Part shown: positions 1-12,835 of the stretch, piece by piece
How positions within the stretch are numbered: position 1 is the stretch's first letter
How the letters are laid out: each line of letters begins with the position of its first letter
Source of the DNA: Raja brachyura
Taxonomy: Eukaryota
Direction: 5' to 3'
Assembly (NCBI GenBank): GCA_963514005.1
Contig: OY740791.1
Location: forward strand, 43,028,001 to 43,092,000
DNA length: 64,000 nt
Position numbers and translations under genes: made by a program
The notes under the pieces: model-generated
Told to the model about the DNA's origin: nothing
The model's input: the letters and a program-made list of their open reading frames with translations, nothing else
Databases searched by the model: none

Positions 1-3000
1 CCCCTACACATCCACCGGACATCGTTATTATGAGAGACCATCTGGTGGTGAAAGCTCGAAGGCCGGCCCACCTGCACAACGGTCTTTTTAGACCATGGCC
101 CAGCCCGGCCTTCTTGGAAAATGCGCCAACCCCACAACGCAGCAACACTATACACGAAGAAACAAGGACAGAGACAACCCACACAACACCGGTAACCTTG
201 GAGGTAGGTGAGTCTGGTTGTCTCAAAAACATTGCTGCCTAGATTCATCAAGGGTTGGTGGTCGGTTGCACTTGTTTCATCATGTGTGGAACACTCTTAC
301 CCCTGATCCTTACATACTCGGAAGTATTCAGGGTACTAATTGAATTTGTATATGAACTGTTAAGACTAAAGGGAAAAAAGGGTAATTGAGAAGGCAATCA
401 GAATCTCAAGAGTTCGTATCAAATATTTTTACAAAAACAAAAAAGATGACGGATGCCGCATCATTATAGATTTGACCGAACTAAATACTTCCGTTCAGTA
501 TGCCTATTTCAAAATGGACACGTTTGTCACAGCCAAATAGCTAATTTCTGATAGGTACTTCATGGCTTGCATCAATTTAAGGATGCATACTATTTAGTGC
601 CAATACACAAGGATCATGGGAAATATCTAAAATTTATCTGGATGGGACAGCCTTGGCAGTATAAAGCCTTACCCATTGGGTTGTCATCGACACCCAGGCT
701 GCTTACAAAATTGTTAAAACCAGCTTTAGCATAATTAAGGAAACATAACCATATTGCCATGGTTTACCTTGACGATATTCTCATTGTAGGTGAGAATTTG
801 GAGATGGCTACATTGGCAGTATCAGCCACAAAACATATTTTTAAAAGCTGGGATTACATACATCCAGATAAATCAAAAAATGAAACCCTCCACTACCATG
901 GATTATCTGGGGTTCACTATCGATTCTGTTCAAATGTCTATCACCTTGCCACCAAACAAAGGGACAGACTTGACGGAAGCATGTAAAACCCTCACTGGCA
1001 TCAGGGAACCATCCATTCTGCAAGTAGCCAGAGTGATTGAGAAACTAGTGGCTGCATTCCAGCAGCACAATTTGGACCACTCCATTAACAAAACCTGCAA
1101 GAGCAAAAATTCTAGCTCTTGAAAATCATGCGGGCCATATTTGATAGGTCTATGAAACTACCAGAGAAGCTAAATTACAATTATATTGGTGGATAGAAAA
1201 TGCTCAGCATTGCTCTGACCCCATCACTATCATGAATCCCTCGGTTATATTACAGACTGATGCCAGTGTTAAAGGTGGGGAGCAGCTAATACCACCACTA
1301 GTTGTGGTGGCAGATGGAGTGCACAAGATTTAACCCTGTTGGGAGCACTAGGGATTAATTATCTAGAAATGCTGGGAGCATTTCATGGACTCCGGGCCTA
1401 CTGCTTAGATATGCACCAGTTGCATGTACGATTACAAATTAATAATACCACAGTGGTGGCCTATATTAATCATATGGGTGGAATAAAATCGATATCATGT
1501 GATGAATTGCCTAATTACATCTGGCACTGGTGTCTGGATAGAGAGATTTGGATCTCAGCCACTTACCTTTCAGGTAAACTAAATACGGTGGCGGACACCA
1601 GGTCACACAATTCAACGACAACATTGAATGGATGTTGGATCGGGACCCGGGGCCAGCAGCGATGGATGTTTCTCGCTGCATTGGGGGGATTGTTTTGCTA
1701 TGCATTTCCCCCCTTCTGCCTCATCAGTCGGGTCTTACAAAAAATTAAATAAGACTCCGCAACGGGTATTTCGGGTTTCCCGACTGGCCTACCCAACCAT
1801 GGTCCCCAGCAGTACAAAGATGGCCGCAGAATACTGCTTTCGGATCCTCAAAGGGCCAGGCCTGTTGGCACACCCTGTGACGGGTAAGTCATCCGTGCCA
1901 TGATCGAATGAACCTATTGATGCAGATTCTGAACAGGCCATTTTTGGACTACGGACTCTCCGACAGGACGATCTATGTCAACACAGCGTCGTGCATGGAG
2001 TCCACCAGAGACAGCACTGACATATGTCAGAAGATGGGAGTGTTCTGCTTTAGAACAAACACTTCATATGACTCGGCCACCATCACTGAAGTGCTGGAGT
2101 TCTGGCCACCCTTCATTCCATGAAGGTTTGAGCTACAGTGCCATTAATTTTGCAAGGAGTGCCCTATCTAATAACCTGGGCCGAGGGAGTGATCACCTGC
2201 CTATAGGATCACACCCACTGGTATCTAAACTGATGAGGGGTATTCATTCTATTCCCCCAGGGCTAGATACACCCATACATGGGACTTAGGCATAGAATTT
2301 ACTATGCTTCGAGGATGGACAACCAATATCGGGGCTCACTCTGGATAAACTAACATATAATATGGTTATGTTTATGGCACTTGTAACAGCACAACGGGTC
2401 CAGTCTTTATAAAGCTAAGTATGGATGCCATGTGTTAACCAATGGTAGATAACCTTTCTGATACAGGGGTTACTCAAACTATATCGACCCAGTTCCTCTG
2501 GCCAAATATTATCATTCTGGCCTACCCTGCAGATAGTCGGCTCTGCATTGTGACATATATTTTACGATATAGAAGGAACCAAGAATCTAGGGGCACGGAG
2601 AGGATTTTACCCATAAGCCACAAACACCCTCATCATAAGGTCACAGTGCAAGCCACTTCCAGTTGGTTAAGGGTGGTATTGGGTGCAGCGGAGATGGACA
2701 CTAATGTTTTTAAATCTCACTCCACCAGGGCTGCATCCACATCAGCGGCTAGGATGATGGGAGTTCCTATGGACCACATCCTTGCTACAGCGGATTGGAG
2801 CAGTGAACGGACTTTTCAGCACTTCTATTATAAACCCGTGGCCGCTCCTGAGACGTTTGCAGGGGAAAATGTTAAGTTCTGTTACATGATTTACCCAATG
2901 TGGGGCATATCACTTTAGGTATGATTAAATACCTTCTTTGTTTTTCAGCACAGTATCATATCTGAAATACGTTCATCCTCCATCCCTAGCATGGCAGTGT

Positions 3001-3383
3001 GTGAGCATGGACTCGTTCCAGGGCATGAAATCACAGACCTTTGAAATCTTCGCGTAGTCACTCACGTGACTCCGAAGTAAAATAGTAAGATTAAATGAGA
3101 ACTTACCAGTTTGAAGTTTGATCTTTATTTTATGAGGAGTTACGATGAGGGATTACGTGCCCTCCGCTCCCAAAACCCTCTATTATAAAGTTCAACTGGT
3201 ATGAAAGTTCTCTCTTATCTTACTACGTTAGTCTACTCTGGTATCTGTGATTTCACACCACTGCTTTGAAGAATGTCGCGCATGCTTGCTGGCGGGGTCT
3301 TCACGTAATCCCTCATAGTAACTCCTCATAAAATAAAGATCAAACTTCAAACTGGTAAGTTCTCATTTAATCTTACTATTTTA
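1..3383 (+). mobile_element. Decayed DIRS1-like tyrosine-recombinase retrotransposon (5' end outside window)
   Basis: Frameshifted RT (YLDDILI, DYLGF), RNase H (QTDAS, INYLEM, VAYINHMGG), methyltransferase-like segment (YAFPPF) and YR (HSTRAASTS, WSSERTFQHFYYKP). Ends in an inverted repeat. Confidence 0.92.
3078..3383. repeat. 82-bp inverted repeat (3078-3159 / 3302-3383), DIRS terminal ICR/ITR structure
   Basis: The two arms are reverse complements with one mismatch, separated by a 142-bp spacer. Confidence 0.9.
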
Positions 3384-3592
3384 TATTAAAATGTAGCTTA
3401 GATCTGTTTGGTCCATTAACTCGCAGGCACTTTTTAAGTGCATATTTTGATTACTTTCCATTCTACCATAGAGATATAACGTCTATCATAGATTTTATTT
3501 GTATTTCTATGATTCTACAGACCTTGGCTGGGAACCTGGGGCTCACCAAAATTGTGCCCAATTGGGCCCCGCACCTTCTAAGGCCGGCCCTG
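3384..3592. mobile_element. Terminal fragment of a hAT-like DNA transposon
   Basis: Ends in TAAGGCCGGCCCTG (reverse complement CAGGGCCGGCCTTA), typical of hAT/Tip100 TIRs. The other end is not visible. Confidence 0.4.
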
Positions 3593-6500
3593 TGTATAGA
3601 GGTGTATGAAACCATCAGGGGAATAGATTGGGTGAATGCATATTTTTACCCAGGATAGATGAATCAAGAAGCAGAGTATATAGGATTACGGTGAGGGGGA
3701 AAGATTTAGTTGGAACCTGAGAGGTAAGTCATTGATAGGACGGCTCAGTTGCTTCATAACAGTGGGGAAGGAACTGTCCCTGAATCTGGAGGTGTGCGTT
3801 TTCACACTTCTTGCCTGATGGGAGAGGGTAGAAGAGAGAGTGACCGGGGTGAGACTTGCCCTTGATTATGTTAGTGGCCTTGCCGAGGCAGCGTGAAGTG
3901 TAGATGGAGGCAATGGAAGGGAGGCTGCGATATGTGTGGGGGGGGGGGGGGGGGGGGGAGGTTGATATGAGGAGACTAGAGTGAGCTTGAGCTTGGCAAA
4001 GACGCTCAGCTGTCATCAACGCCAATTTCAGACTGAGATATCAGATTCCAATTTCCATATTCTGGAGAACGTTAAACCTCCATGTCAATAAAGAACAGGA
4101 AATTCTCGCAGAAAGTTGGCTTGAGGCTCCACTTCTACCATGCCACAGAATCACTTTGTTCCTGAAACAATTTAGCTTTTCAAAATCTTTGACTGCAACC
4201 CCCCCTGTGTACAACTTGTTCCATCGACGTTTAACACTTTGTGTGCTTCCATGAAGTAATTACAGTTCAAGAGGTTGCTCGTTCCAGCAGCCAGCACCTA
4301 ACCTAGGCTGAGATGCCCTGTGCTACAGACCTAGGACGAGTGTAGATGGGACATGTTGGTTGGAGTGGGCAATTTGGGTTGAAGAGCCTGTTTCAACATT
4401 GTATGACTCTGTGAGAGCAGACCCTGCGGCCGCAATAAATGCACGTGCCCCCTGCCAGCCCATTTGATTGCAACATCATGCGGATTTGGCTGCCCCTCTG
4501 CTCGCCCAGCTGCCTCTGCATTGCTCAGTGGCAGAGTGACTCCAGATACGAGTTCTATGCCCACAGTCAGTGAATTCACAGATGCATTCACCACATGCGG
4601 TCCAGCCAGCTCTCCCCCCTACCCACTCCCCACTCCCCACCCCTATTAGTGCCCCCCCAGAGTGAGATCTGCACAGGGCTGTAAAGACCAGCACTATCTC
4701 CAGCCCTAGCTCATAGAGTGACCCAGTGGTAGAGTTGCTGCCTCACCGTGCAAGAGACCTGGTTTTGATCATGATTATGGGTGCTGTCTGTACAGATTTT
4801 GTACGTTCTCCCCATGGCCATGTGGGTTTTCTCCGGGTGCTCCCGCTTCCTCCTACACTCCAAAGACGTACAGGTTTGTAAAATTGTACATTTTACCCAG
4901 TGTGTAGTGTAATGCTAGTGTGCAGGGCTCGCATGGGCTGCACAGACTGGGTGGGCAGAATGGTCTGTTTCCGCACTGTGTCTCTACAGTAAACTAAACC
5001 ACCCTGACTCTAACAACAGGTCAGCATCGCCCCAATTGAGGGAATTCCCTTGTTTTGCCTGTGGTCCACAAGGAAATGGGCCAAATGCAGGCAGCAGGGG
5101 CATGTTGGTCAGCATGGGCCAGGTGGGCTGAAGGGCCTGTTTCCATGCTGTGACATCTGTCTGCACCACCACACCCGGCAGCGCATTCAGGGCCCTCACC
5201 ACCCTCTGAGCAAACAATTGCCCTGCACATCTCCTTGAAACATTGCCCCTCTCATCCACCTTAAAGCTAAGCCCTCTATTCCTTGACATTTCCACTCTGG
5301 GGAAATGGTTCTGACCGTCCACCCAAAAAGTTTCTGACTCTCATAATTTTAAATACTTCTATCAGGTCATATAGTCAAACAGTGCGGAAACAGGCCCTTC
5401 GGCACAACTTGCCCACACCGGCCAACATGTCCCATCTACACGAGTCCTACCTGCCTGTGTTTGGCCCATATCCCTCTCAACCTTTCCTATCCATGTACCT
5501 GTGAAAGTGTTTGTTAAACATTGTGATGGTACCTGCATAGGTGTCCCCTCGACCTCCGACTTTCCATTGAAAACAATCCAAGGCTGTCAGACCTACTGGA
5601 GTCAAATAATCCCTGTGACATTATTCAAACAGGGACATCCGACGGGACCCAATCTTTTAATTTAAGAGGTGAATCTGGAATATATCATCATAAAAATTCT
5701 ACCACTGTTTTCATCTCCAGTTGATCTGCTGCCTATTGGCAATTTAATAAAGGACCCATCTCCTGGGAGAGTGAAGATGTGTCCATAATTCAAATGGAGA
5801 ACGAAATAAGAATGGAGGGATAAATGCCAATAAAAATGAGTGAGTCATGCGGGATTGCAAGAGCAATATGTGTAGGAAGGAACTGCAGGTGCTGGTTTAC
5901 ACCGAAGATAGACACAAAATGCTGTCGTAACTCGGCGGGCCTGGCAGCATCTCTGGGGAAAAGGAATAGGTGACGTTTCGTGAGACCTTTCTTCAGAGCA
6001 ATGGTCTGCTTATGTTGAGCTTGGAGCACTGAAGCAAGTCTGATTGGCCCATCACTCTATACTGGCCATCCAGCTTCTGTCATTCACCTTCCTTCCATCT
6101 CCATCTCCCTCATTCGTTGGTCAGACTTCCCCGGTTAATGATGACATAAGGAACTGCAGATGCTTGTTTTTTTTTAAAAAACACAAAGTGCTGGAGTAAC
6201 TCAGCGGGTCAGGCAGCATCTCTGGGGAACATGGATAGATGACGTTGCAGTCAGAAAAAGAGTCCTGACCCGAAAGGTCACCTGTCCACATTCTCCAGAG
6301 ATGCTTAAGAAGGAACTGCAGATGCTGCAAAATCGAAGGTAGAAAAAAGTGCTGGAGAAACTCAGCGGGTGCAGCCCGAAACGTTGCCTATTTCCTTCAC
6401 TCCATAGATGCTGCCTGACCTGCTGGTTTATTCCAGCACTGTGTCTTTCGCTGTAAACCAGCAATGGAGTTCCTTGTTTCTAATATAAACGGTATATGGT

Positions 6501-8329
6501 GCAATAGAATCACACAGCGTGAAAACACACCCTTCGGCCCAACTTGCCCACACTGACCAACCCACCCCATCTACAAACCTGCCCGCGTTTGGCCCATATC
6601 CCTCTAAACCTATCCTATTCATGTACCTGTCTAAATGTTTCTTAAACGTTGCGATAGTTTAAACTGTAAAAAAACTGTAAACCCTAGTTTTAACAGACCC
6701 CTTTATAATGCGATTTTGGTTACAGTGGATGGACCTGCCAAGTGCCAACCCATCCCGGGTAACACCGCCACCCCGGCTTTCCACGCCACCCCCCAGTGGC
6801 AAGGTGCTCAGGCGAGCCCTCCTTCACCCACCGCACGGTGGTGTTCCAGCTGCTGTTTCAGCTCACATTGTGTCCTTCTTGGGTAGAGTGGATGCGGAGA
6901 GGATGTTTCCACTAGTGGGAGAGTCTAGGACTACACAATCACTCACAATCACAATAATACTTTATTAGGCAAGAATGTTTTGCAACATACGAGGAATTTC
7001 ATTTGCCAAGTCAGTCATACAAATAAATGCAACGGAACACACAAAATACATTTTAACATAAACAGAGAGGTCGTATCCTCAGAATTAAAGGCCGTTCCTT
7101 TAGGACGTCAGAGGATGATGAATCTGTGGAATTCTTTGCCAAGTCAATGAATATTTTTAAAGCAGGGATAGATAGATTCTTGATTAGTATGGGTGTCAGG
7201 GGACAACCATGATGGAATGGCAGAGCAGACTTGGTGGGCCAAATGGCCTAATTCTGGTCCTATCACCAATGATCTTATGACCTTATGACTTAGTTAATGG
7301 TCTCCATCAAACAGCACTGGCTTGCTTCAACTAAAGTCCGCACCTTCTAACCTCAAGGTAAGTGCTTGGGCAACCGAGCCAAGCACTGCACAAATAAACC
7401 GTTGGCACACAGCCATGCCAGCCACTCGCATAAACAAGGCTGTGTACTAAAATCTACTGTGATTTCTATAGCTTCTGAGCTGTAAACAGCCTCACTGTAC
7501 TCATCGAGCTAAATCCCTGTGGGGTAAAGACACTTCTTACACAAGAGCCACATAGAAAGACACAGGTTGGAAACAGGCCCTGCAGCCCAACGTTCCCCTG
7601 CTGACTAACATGCCCCATTTACGCTTGTCCCACCTGCCTGCATTTGGCCCATATCCCTCTAAACCTTTCCTGGCCATGTAACTATCCATATGTATTTTAA
7701 ACATTGTTACAGTACCTGCCTCAACTATCTCCTCTGCAAGCTCGTTCCATATACAGTAGCTACTACCCTCTGTGTGAAAAAGTTGCCCTGTATGTTTCTA
7801 TTAACCGTGTCGGGGTGGCAGTGTGGCGCAGCGATAGAGTTGCTGCCTCACAGCACCAGGGACCCGGGCTTGATCCTGACTAAGTGTGCTGTCTGTATGG
7901 AGTTTGCATGATCACCTTGTGACGGCGTGGCTTTACTCCGGGTGCTCTGTTTCCTCCTGCGCTCCAAGAACATTCAAGTTTGCAGCTCGATTCACTTCTG
8001 TAAATTGTCCTTAGTGTGTCGAATAGAACTAGTGTGAATGGGTGATTAATGGTCAGCGTGGACCCTTCAAGGTGGGCCGAAGGGCCTTTTTTCTACAATA
8101 TTTCTCTTTATGTACACAGCGCAGTTCAGGAAAAAAATAAAGCCTTTAACGGAGACACAAGAAACTGCAGGTGCTGGAATCTTGATCAAACGCACAACGT
8201 GCTGGAGGAACAAAGCAGGTCAGGCAGCATTTGTGGAGGGAATGGATAGGTGAGGTTTCGGGTCAGGACCCTTCTCCAGACTATAATTCTTCCAGCACTT
8301 TGTGTTTTGCTGTTGTAACAACTAATAGG

Positions 8330-8888
8330 TGTAATGCTGAGGCCTTATAAGGCATGGGCCAGACTGCATTTGGAGTATTGTGAGCAGTTTTGGGACCCAT
8401 ATCTGAGGAAGGATGTGCTGGGATTGGAGAGGGTCCAGAGGAGGTTTATGAGAATGATCCCAGGGATGAACATATGATGAGCGGTTAACATATGATGAGC
8501 GTTTGACGACACTGGGCCTGTACTCGCTGGAGTTGAGAAAGATGAGGGGGACCTCATTGAAACCTACCGAATAGTGAAAAGCCTGGATAGAGTGAGTGTG
8601 GAGAGGATGTTCCCACTAGGACTAGAGGGCACAGCTTCAGAATAAAAGGACATAGCTTTAGAAAGGAGACGAGGAGGAATTTCTTTAGCCAGAGGGCGGT
8701 GAATCTGTGGGACTCATTGCCACCGACAGCTGTGGAGGCCTAAGGTGGAGATTGACAGATTCTTGATCAATAAGGGTGCCAGCGGTTATGGGGAGAAGGC
8801 AGAAGAATGGGGTTGAGAGGAAAAATAGATCAACCAAGATTGAATGGGCTGAATGGCCTAATTCTGCTCCTATAATCTATGAACATAA
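8330..8888 (+). mobile_element. CR1 LINE 3' fragment (representative; similar pieces near 23090, 27640, 40430, 41520, 42810, 53320, 58420)
   Basis: Degenerate HLEYCxQFW / SLE-RR-RGDLIE / NLWNSLP coding sequence plus the GAATGGCCTAATTCTGCTCC 3' UTR. Confidence 0.8.
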
Positions 8889-9311
8889 AGGGTTAATATT
8901 GAGTCTGAAGAAGGGTCCTGACCCAAAATGTCACCCATCCTTTTCCTCCAGAGATGCTGCCCGACCCGCTGAGTTACTCCAGCACTTTGTGTATATATTA
9001 GGCATAGACCAGCATCTGCAGTTCCTTTCTACACAAAGGGTTTAAATACACTGTGTAAAACTACAAAGCGTAAATCAGACATGACAGTTGCTGACATCAG
9101 CCGATCTGTGGTCACATGTGCTGAGGGTGAACAAAGCAAGCTGTCAAAAAAAACTAGATTACATTTGTTTACTTTTGTTGTTTTAAAGGGTGCAGCAGGC
9201 CAGATGTGAACAGATGTGATCACTCGTCCAACTGGAAACAATTCCACATCTGGTGTTCATTGAGAAATAATGAAGTGATAAACAGGCCAAGACATCATCT
9301 GGTGTACATTG

Positions 9312-9625
9312 GCGGAGAGAGAGAGGGAGGGAGGGAGAGAGAGAGAGGGAGAGGGAGAGAGGGGGGGGGAGGGGCGATAGAGGGAAGGGGAAGGAGAAGG
9401 AGGAGAAAGGGGAGGGGGAGAGAAGGGAGGGGGAAACGGAGAAAGAGTGGGGAGGGAGGGAGAGAGAGGGAGAGGGAGGGAGAGAGGGGGGGAGGGGCGA
9501 TAGAGGGAAGGGGAAGGAGAAGGAGGAGAAAGGGGAGGGGGAGAGAAGGGAGGGGGAAACAGAGAAAGAGTGGGAAATGAGGGAGGGAGAGAGAGAGAGA
9601 TATATATTATTATATATATATATAT
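9312..9625. repeat. Polypurine (GA-rich) tract with ~120-bp tandem duplication, followed by (TA)n
   Basis: GGAGGGGCGATAGAGGGAAGGGGAAGG... occurs twice. Confidence 0.85.
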
Positions 9626-12515
9626 TCTGGTCTTTCTAATTGGGAATTCATCAGAGAACAGTTCAGAGATTTCAGAGCCAGCATGGGATCAGTGCTGACC
9701 CCACGGATAACACCGCTGTCGTGGGCCGAAGAGCATGTCTCTATGACTCTAACAGAGAGCTAGCTACCTGCTGTGACAATTCCATGCAATACAGTCCAGT
9801 TAGTTAAACTGCTCGAGAAACCATGCCGTGTGCATTACTTGATCTTTTTTGGCTCGGCAAAAGCCATAAATAATATTACTCAGGAACTTACAGTATATAA
9901 AATTCAGTTCAAACCGGCGGAGTCCGGTCAACTTACAATGTGTCGAGGCTCTGGCAATCTGTTGGAGAGTTTAGTTTAGTTCAGAGTTACAGCGCGGAAA
10001 CAGTCTCCGCACACTAACACTATCGTTCACACTAGAGATAATTTACAATTTACAGAAGCCAATTAACCTACAAATCTGCACATCTTTGGAGTGTGGGAGG
10101 AAACCGGAGCACCCAGAGAAAACCCACGTGGTCACAGGGAGAACGTACAAACTCCGTACAGACATCACCCATAGTCAGGATCGAACCTGGGTTTCTGGCA
10201 CTGTGAGGCAGCAGCTCTACCCGCTGCGCCACTGTGCCGCCCTGGAGCCAGAGATGGCTCCGATCCCTTGTGGGGTTGGAGTGGTAGCAGTTACAGGTTC
10301 TGCTGAGGCCCAGGAGGCATCAACTTCTCCTTCATTGCTTGCCTGCTGTATGTTTCACTCATTCCGTTCCCAAATCTCGTTGGAAACTGTCTAACAGTTT
10401 GATAGTTCTTTAGCATAAAGGTACAAACATTCTCTAAGGTATAACCATTGAATTCTCCAGTTTTAGCTGACAACCATGTTGTCTGAAGATGCAGACAATA
10501 TAATATGAGGATGTTGCCAGGGCTCGAGGGCCTGAGCTGTAGGGAAAGGTTGAGCAGGCAGGGACTTTATTCCTTGGACCGCAGGAGGATGATCTTATAG
10601 AGGTGTATAAAGTCATGAGAGCAATAGATTGGGTAAATGCACAGTCCTTTACCCAGAGTAGGGGAATCAAGAACTAGAGGACATGAGTTTAAGGTGACAG
10701 GGGAATGATTGAATAGAAACCCGAGGGGTAACCTTTGCACGCAAAGGGTGGTGGGTGTATGGAACGAGCTGTCGGAGGAGGTAGTTGAGGCAATGTTTAA
10801 GAAACATTCAGACAGGTACATGGATAGGAAAGGTTGAGAGGGATATGGGCCAAACATGGGCAGGTGGGACATATATAGATGGGACATGTTGGCCAGTGTG
10901 GGCAAGTTGAGCCGAAGGGCCTGTTTTCATGCTGTGTATCTGTAAAGAGCTGAGACTTACACAGGTTGAAACACAAGCATCCTTATTGTTCAGGTCATTA
11001 ACTTCTACGCAGGTCATCACACGTTCACACTGCTACAGCTACTGGTAGACAGTGGGTAGGTTCTTACACTATGAATGTTATAATTAGGCGGGGTTATAAT
11101 TACTAAGCATTCTAATTGGCTAACATGCTATAGCCAATCTACATCTCTTCTTGTATAATTGAAAAACAAGTAAAGCATTACAACTACAATGAGTAAATAA
11201 AATGTGAACTGCAAAAGTCTACAGAGTAGCACCGAGTCCAATTCCTTACTGCTCAGCTTTGGATCAGCCCCAAATTCATTTGCAGCTTCAGTGAGGAATA
11301 CTCCTGGTAAAGCATTCACTGGGCCAGTCGCTGAGGGGAGGAGAACGGCAAAGCCAATGGCAGGCTGCGTCTTCATCTTGCTAACTCATGGATCGTTGAG
11401 TCATGGTCTTCTGGAGATAATTCTGTCTCAACCCACCAGCTGTTGTCCTGACACACCAAGCTGCCGACGTTCCTGGTTTATCTGTCCAGATGCCTATTGC
11501 ATGTGTGTGTAATCGCAGGAAGGGGCTGTGGTTTGCAGCTTGGCTTGGTCAAGCTGATAGCTGTCTGTTGTCAAAGCACACAGCTCCCAGCTAACATACA
11601 TTTTTTTTTTCACTTCATGCCAAGCCTTGACTCTGGAGACAGTCCAGATACAACAGAAAGAACACAGATCATAGAACATAGAACAGTCCAGCACAAGAAC
11701 AGGCTCTTCAGAGCGCAATGTCTGTACCGAACATGATGCCAAGTTCAACTAATCTCTTCTGCCTGCATGTGATCCATATCCCTCCATTCCTTGCACATCC
11801 ATGTGCCGATCTAAAAGCCCCTTAAACACCTCTCTGGTATCTGACTCCACCACCGCCCGCGGCAGCACGTTCCAGGCAGGGAGAACGTACAAACTCCACA
11901 CAGACAGCCCCATAGTCAGGTTCGAACTCGGGTCTCTGCCACTGTGAGGCAGCAACTCTGGCACTGCACCACCATGCCGTCTCCTAAACACCACTATTAC
12001 GTACGCCTCCACCGCCACCCCAGCAGCACGTTCCAGGCACCCACCACCCTCTGTGTAAAAAAACCTGCCCCGCACATCTCCTTTAAACTTTGCCCATCTC
12101 ATCTTAAAACTGTACCCTCTAGTCTTTGACATTTCCACCCTGGGGTGAAAAAGGTTCTGACTGTCTACCCTATCTATGCCTCTCATAACTTTATATCAGG
12201 TCTCCCCTCAATGTCCGACGTTCCACAGAAAACAATCCAAGTCTGGATTGAGCAGGGAAATGGGAGAAATTGGGGAAATCATTTTAAAATGGAATTGGAT
12301 GAAAGCCAGGGTAGTACCTGCCTCCACCACCACCCCCAGCAGATGTGTGATAGAATTTGTCTGGGTAATTGCAGCTCCAATAACCCTCAGGAATCTTGGC
12401 GTCGCCCAGCCCACAAACCTTGTGTGACGGGCAACCTGCCCCCCTAAAGATTCACCCCTCCACCACCAGTCACAGTGGTTTAGGTCTGCCCTCAACTTCC
12501 CGAACTCCAGAGAAA

Positions 12516-12835
12516 ACGGGCGGCGCGGTGGCGCAGCGGGTCGAGCCACTGCCTCACATCGCCAGAGACTCGGGTTCGATCCTGACCTTGGGTGCCACCT
12601 GTGTTTGTGTGGAGTTTGCACGTTCTCCCTGTGACCGTGTGGGTTTCCTCCGGGCGCTCTGGTTTCCTCCCAACACTCCGAAGACATGGGGAGTTTAGAG
12701 GTTAATTGGCTTTGGTAAAATTGTAAATCGCCCCTAGTGTGTAGGGTAGTGCTAACGTACGGTGCGATCGCTGGTTGGCACGGACTCTGTGGGCCGAAGG
12801 GCCCGTTTCCACGCTGTATCTCTGAAGTCCAAAGT
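12516..12835 (+). mobile_element. tRNA-derived V-SINE (elasmobranch HE1-like), near full length
   Basis: A box (GTGGCGCAGCGG), B box (GGTTCGATCC), V domain (TGTGTGGAGTTTGCACGTTCTCCCTGTG...CCGGTTTCCTCC) and a CR1-like 3' tail. About 20 further copies, e.g. 4720, 7813, 15522, 16214, 19673, 37657, 44793, 45411, 63340 (+) and 9970, 28750, 32290, 35010, 41880, 42500, 43425, 49440 (-). Confidence 0.85.

Noticed and set aside
7315-7357. Plus-strand AG...AAG|GTAAGT mini-exon (similar one near 41387-41407)
   Set aside because: Isolated splice-like signals with no partner exons or recognisable product.
9206-9580. Arg/Gly/Glu-rich ORF, and the Val/Cys or His/Thr ORFs at 16.9 and 21.5-22.2 kb
   Set aside because: Translations of simple repeats and N gaps.
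11128-11376. 82-aa single-exon membrane microprotein
   Set aside because: The hydrophobic tail lies after a GTAAG donor in T-rich sequence and matches no family I recognise. Kept only as a possible first exon.
12516-12590. tRNA genes suggested by A/B boxes
   Set aside because: These are SINE heads continuing into the V domain, with no complete cloverleaf.
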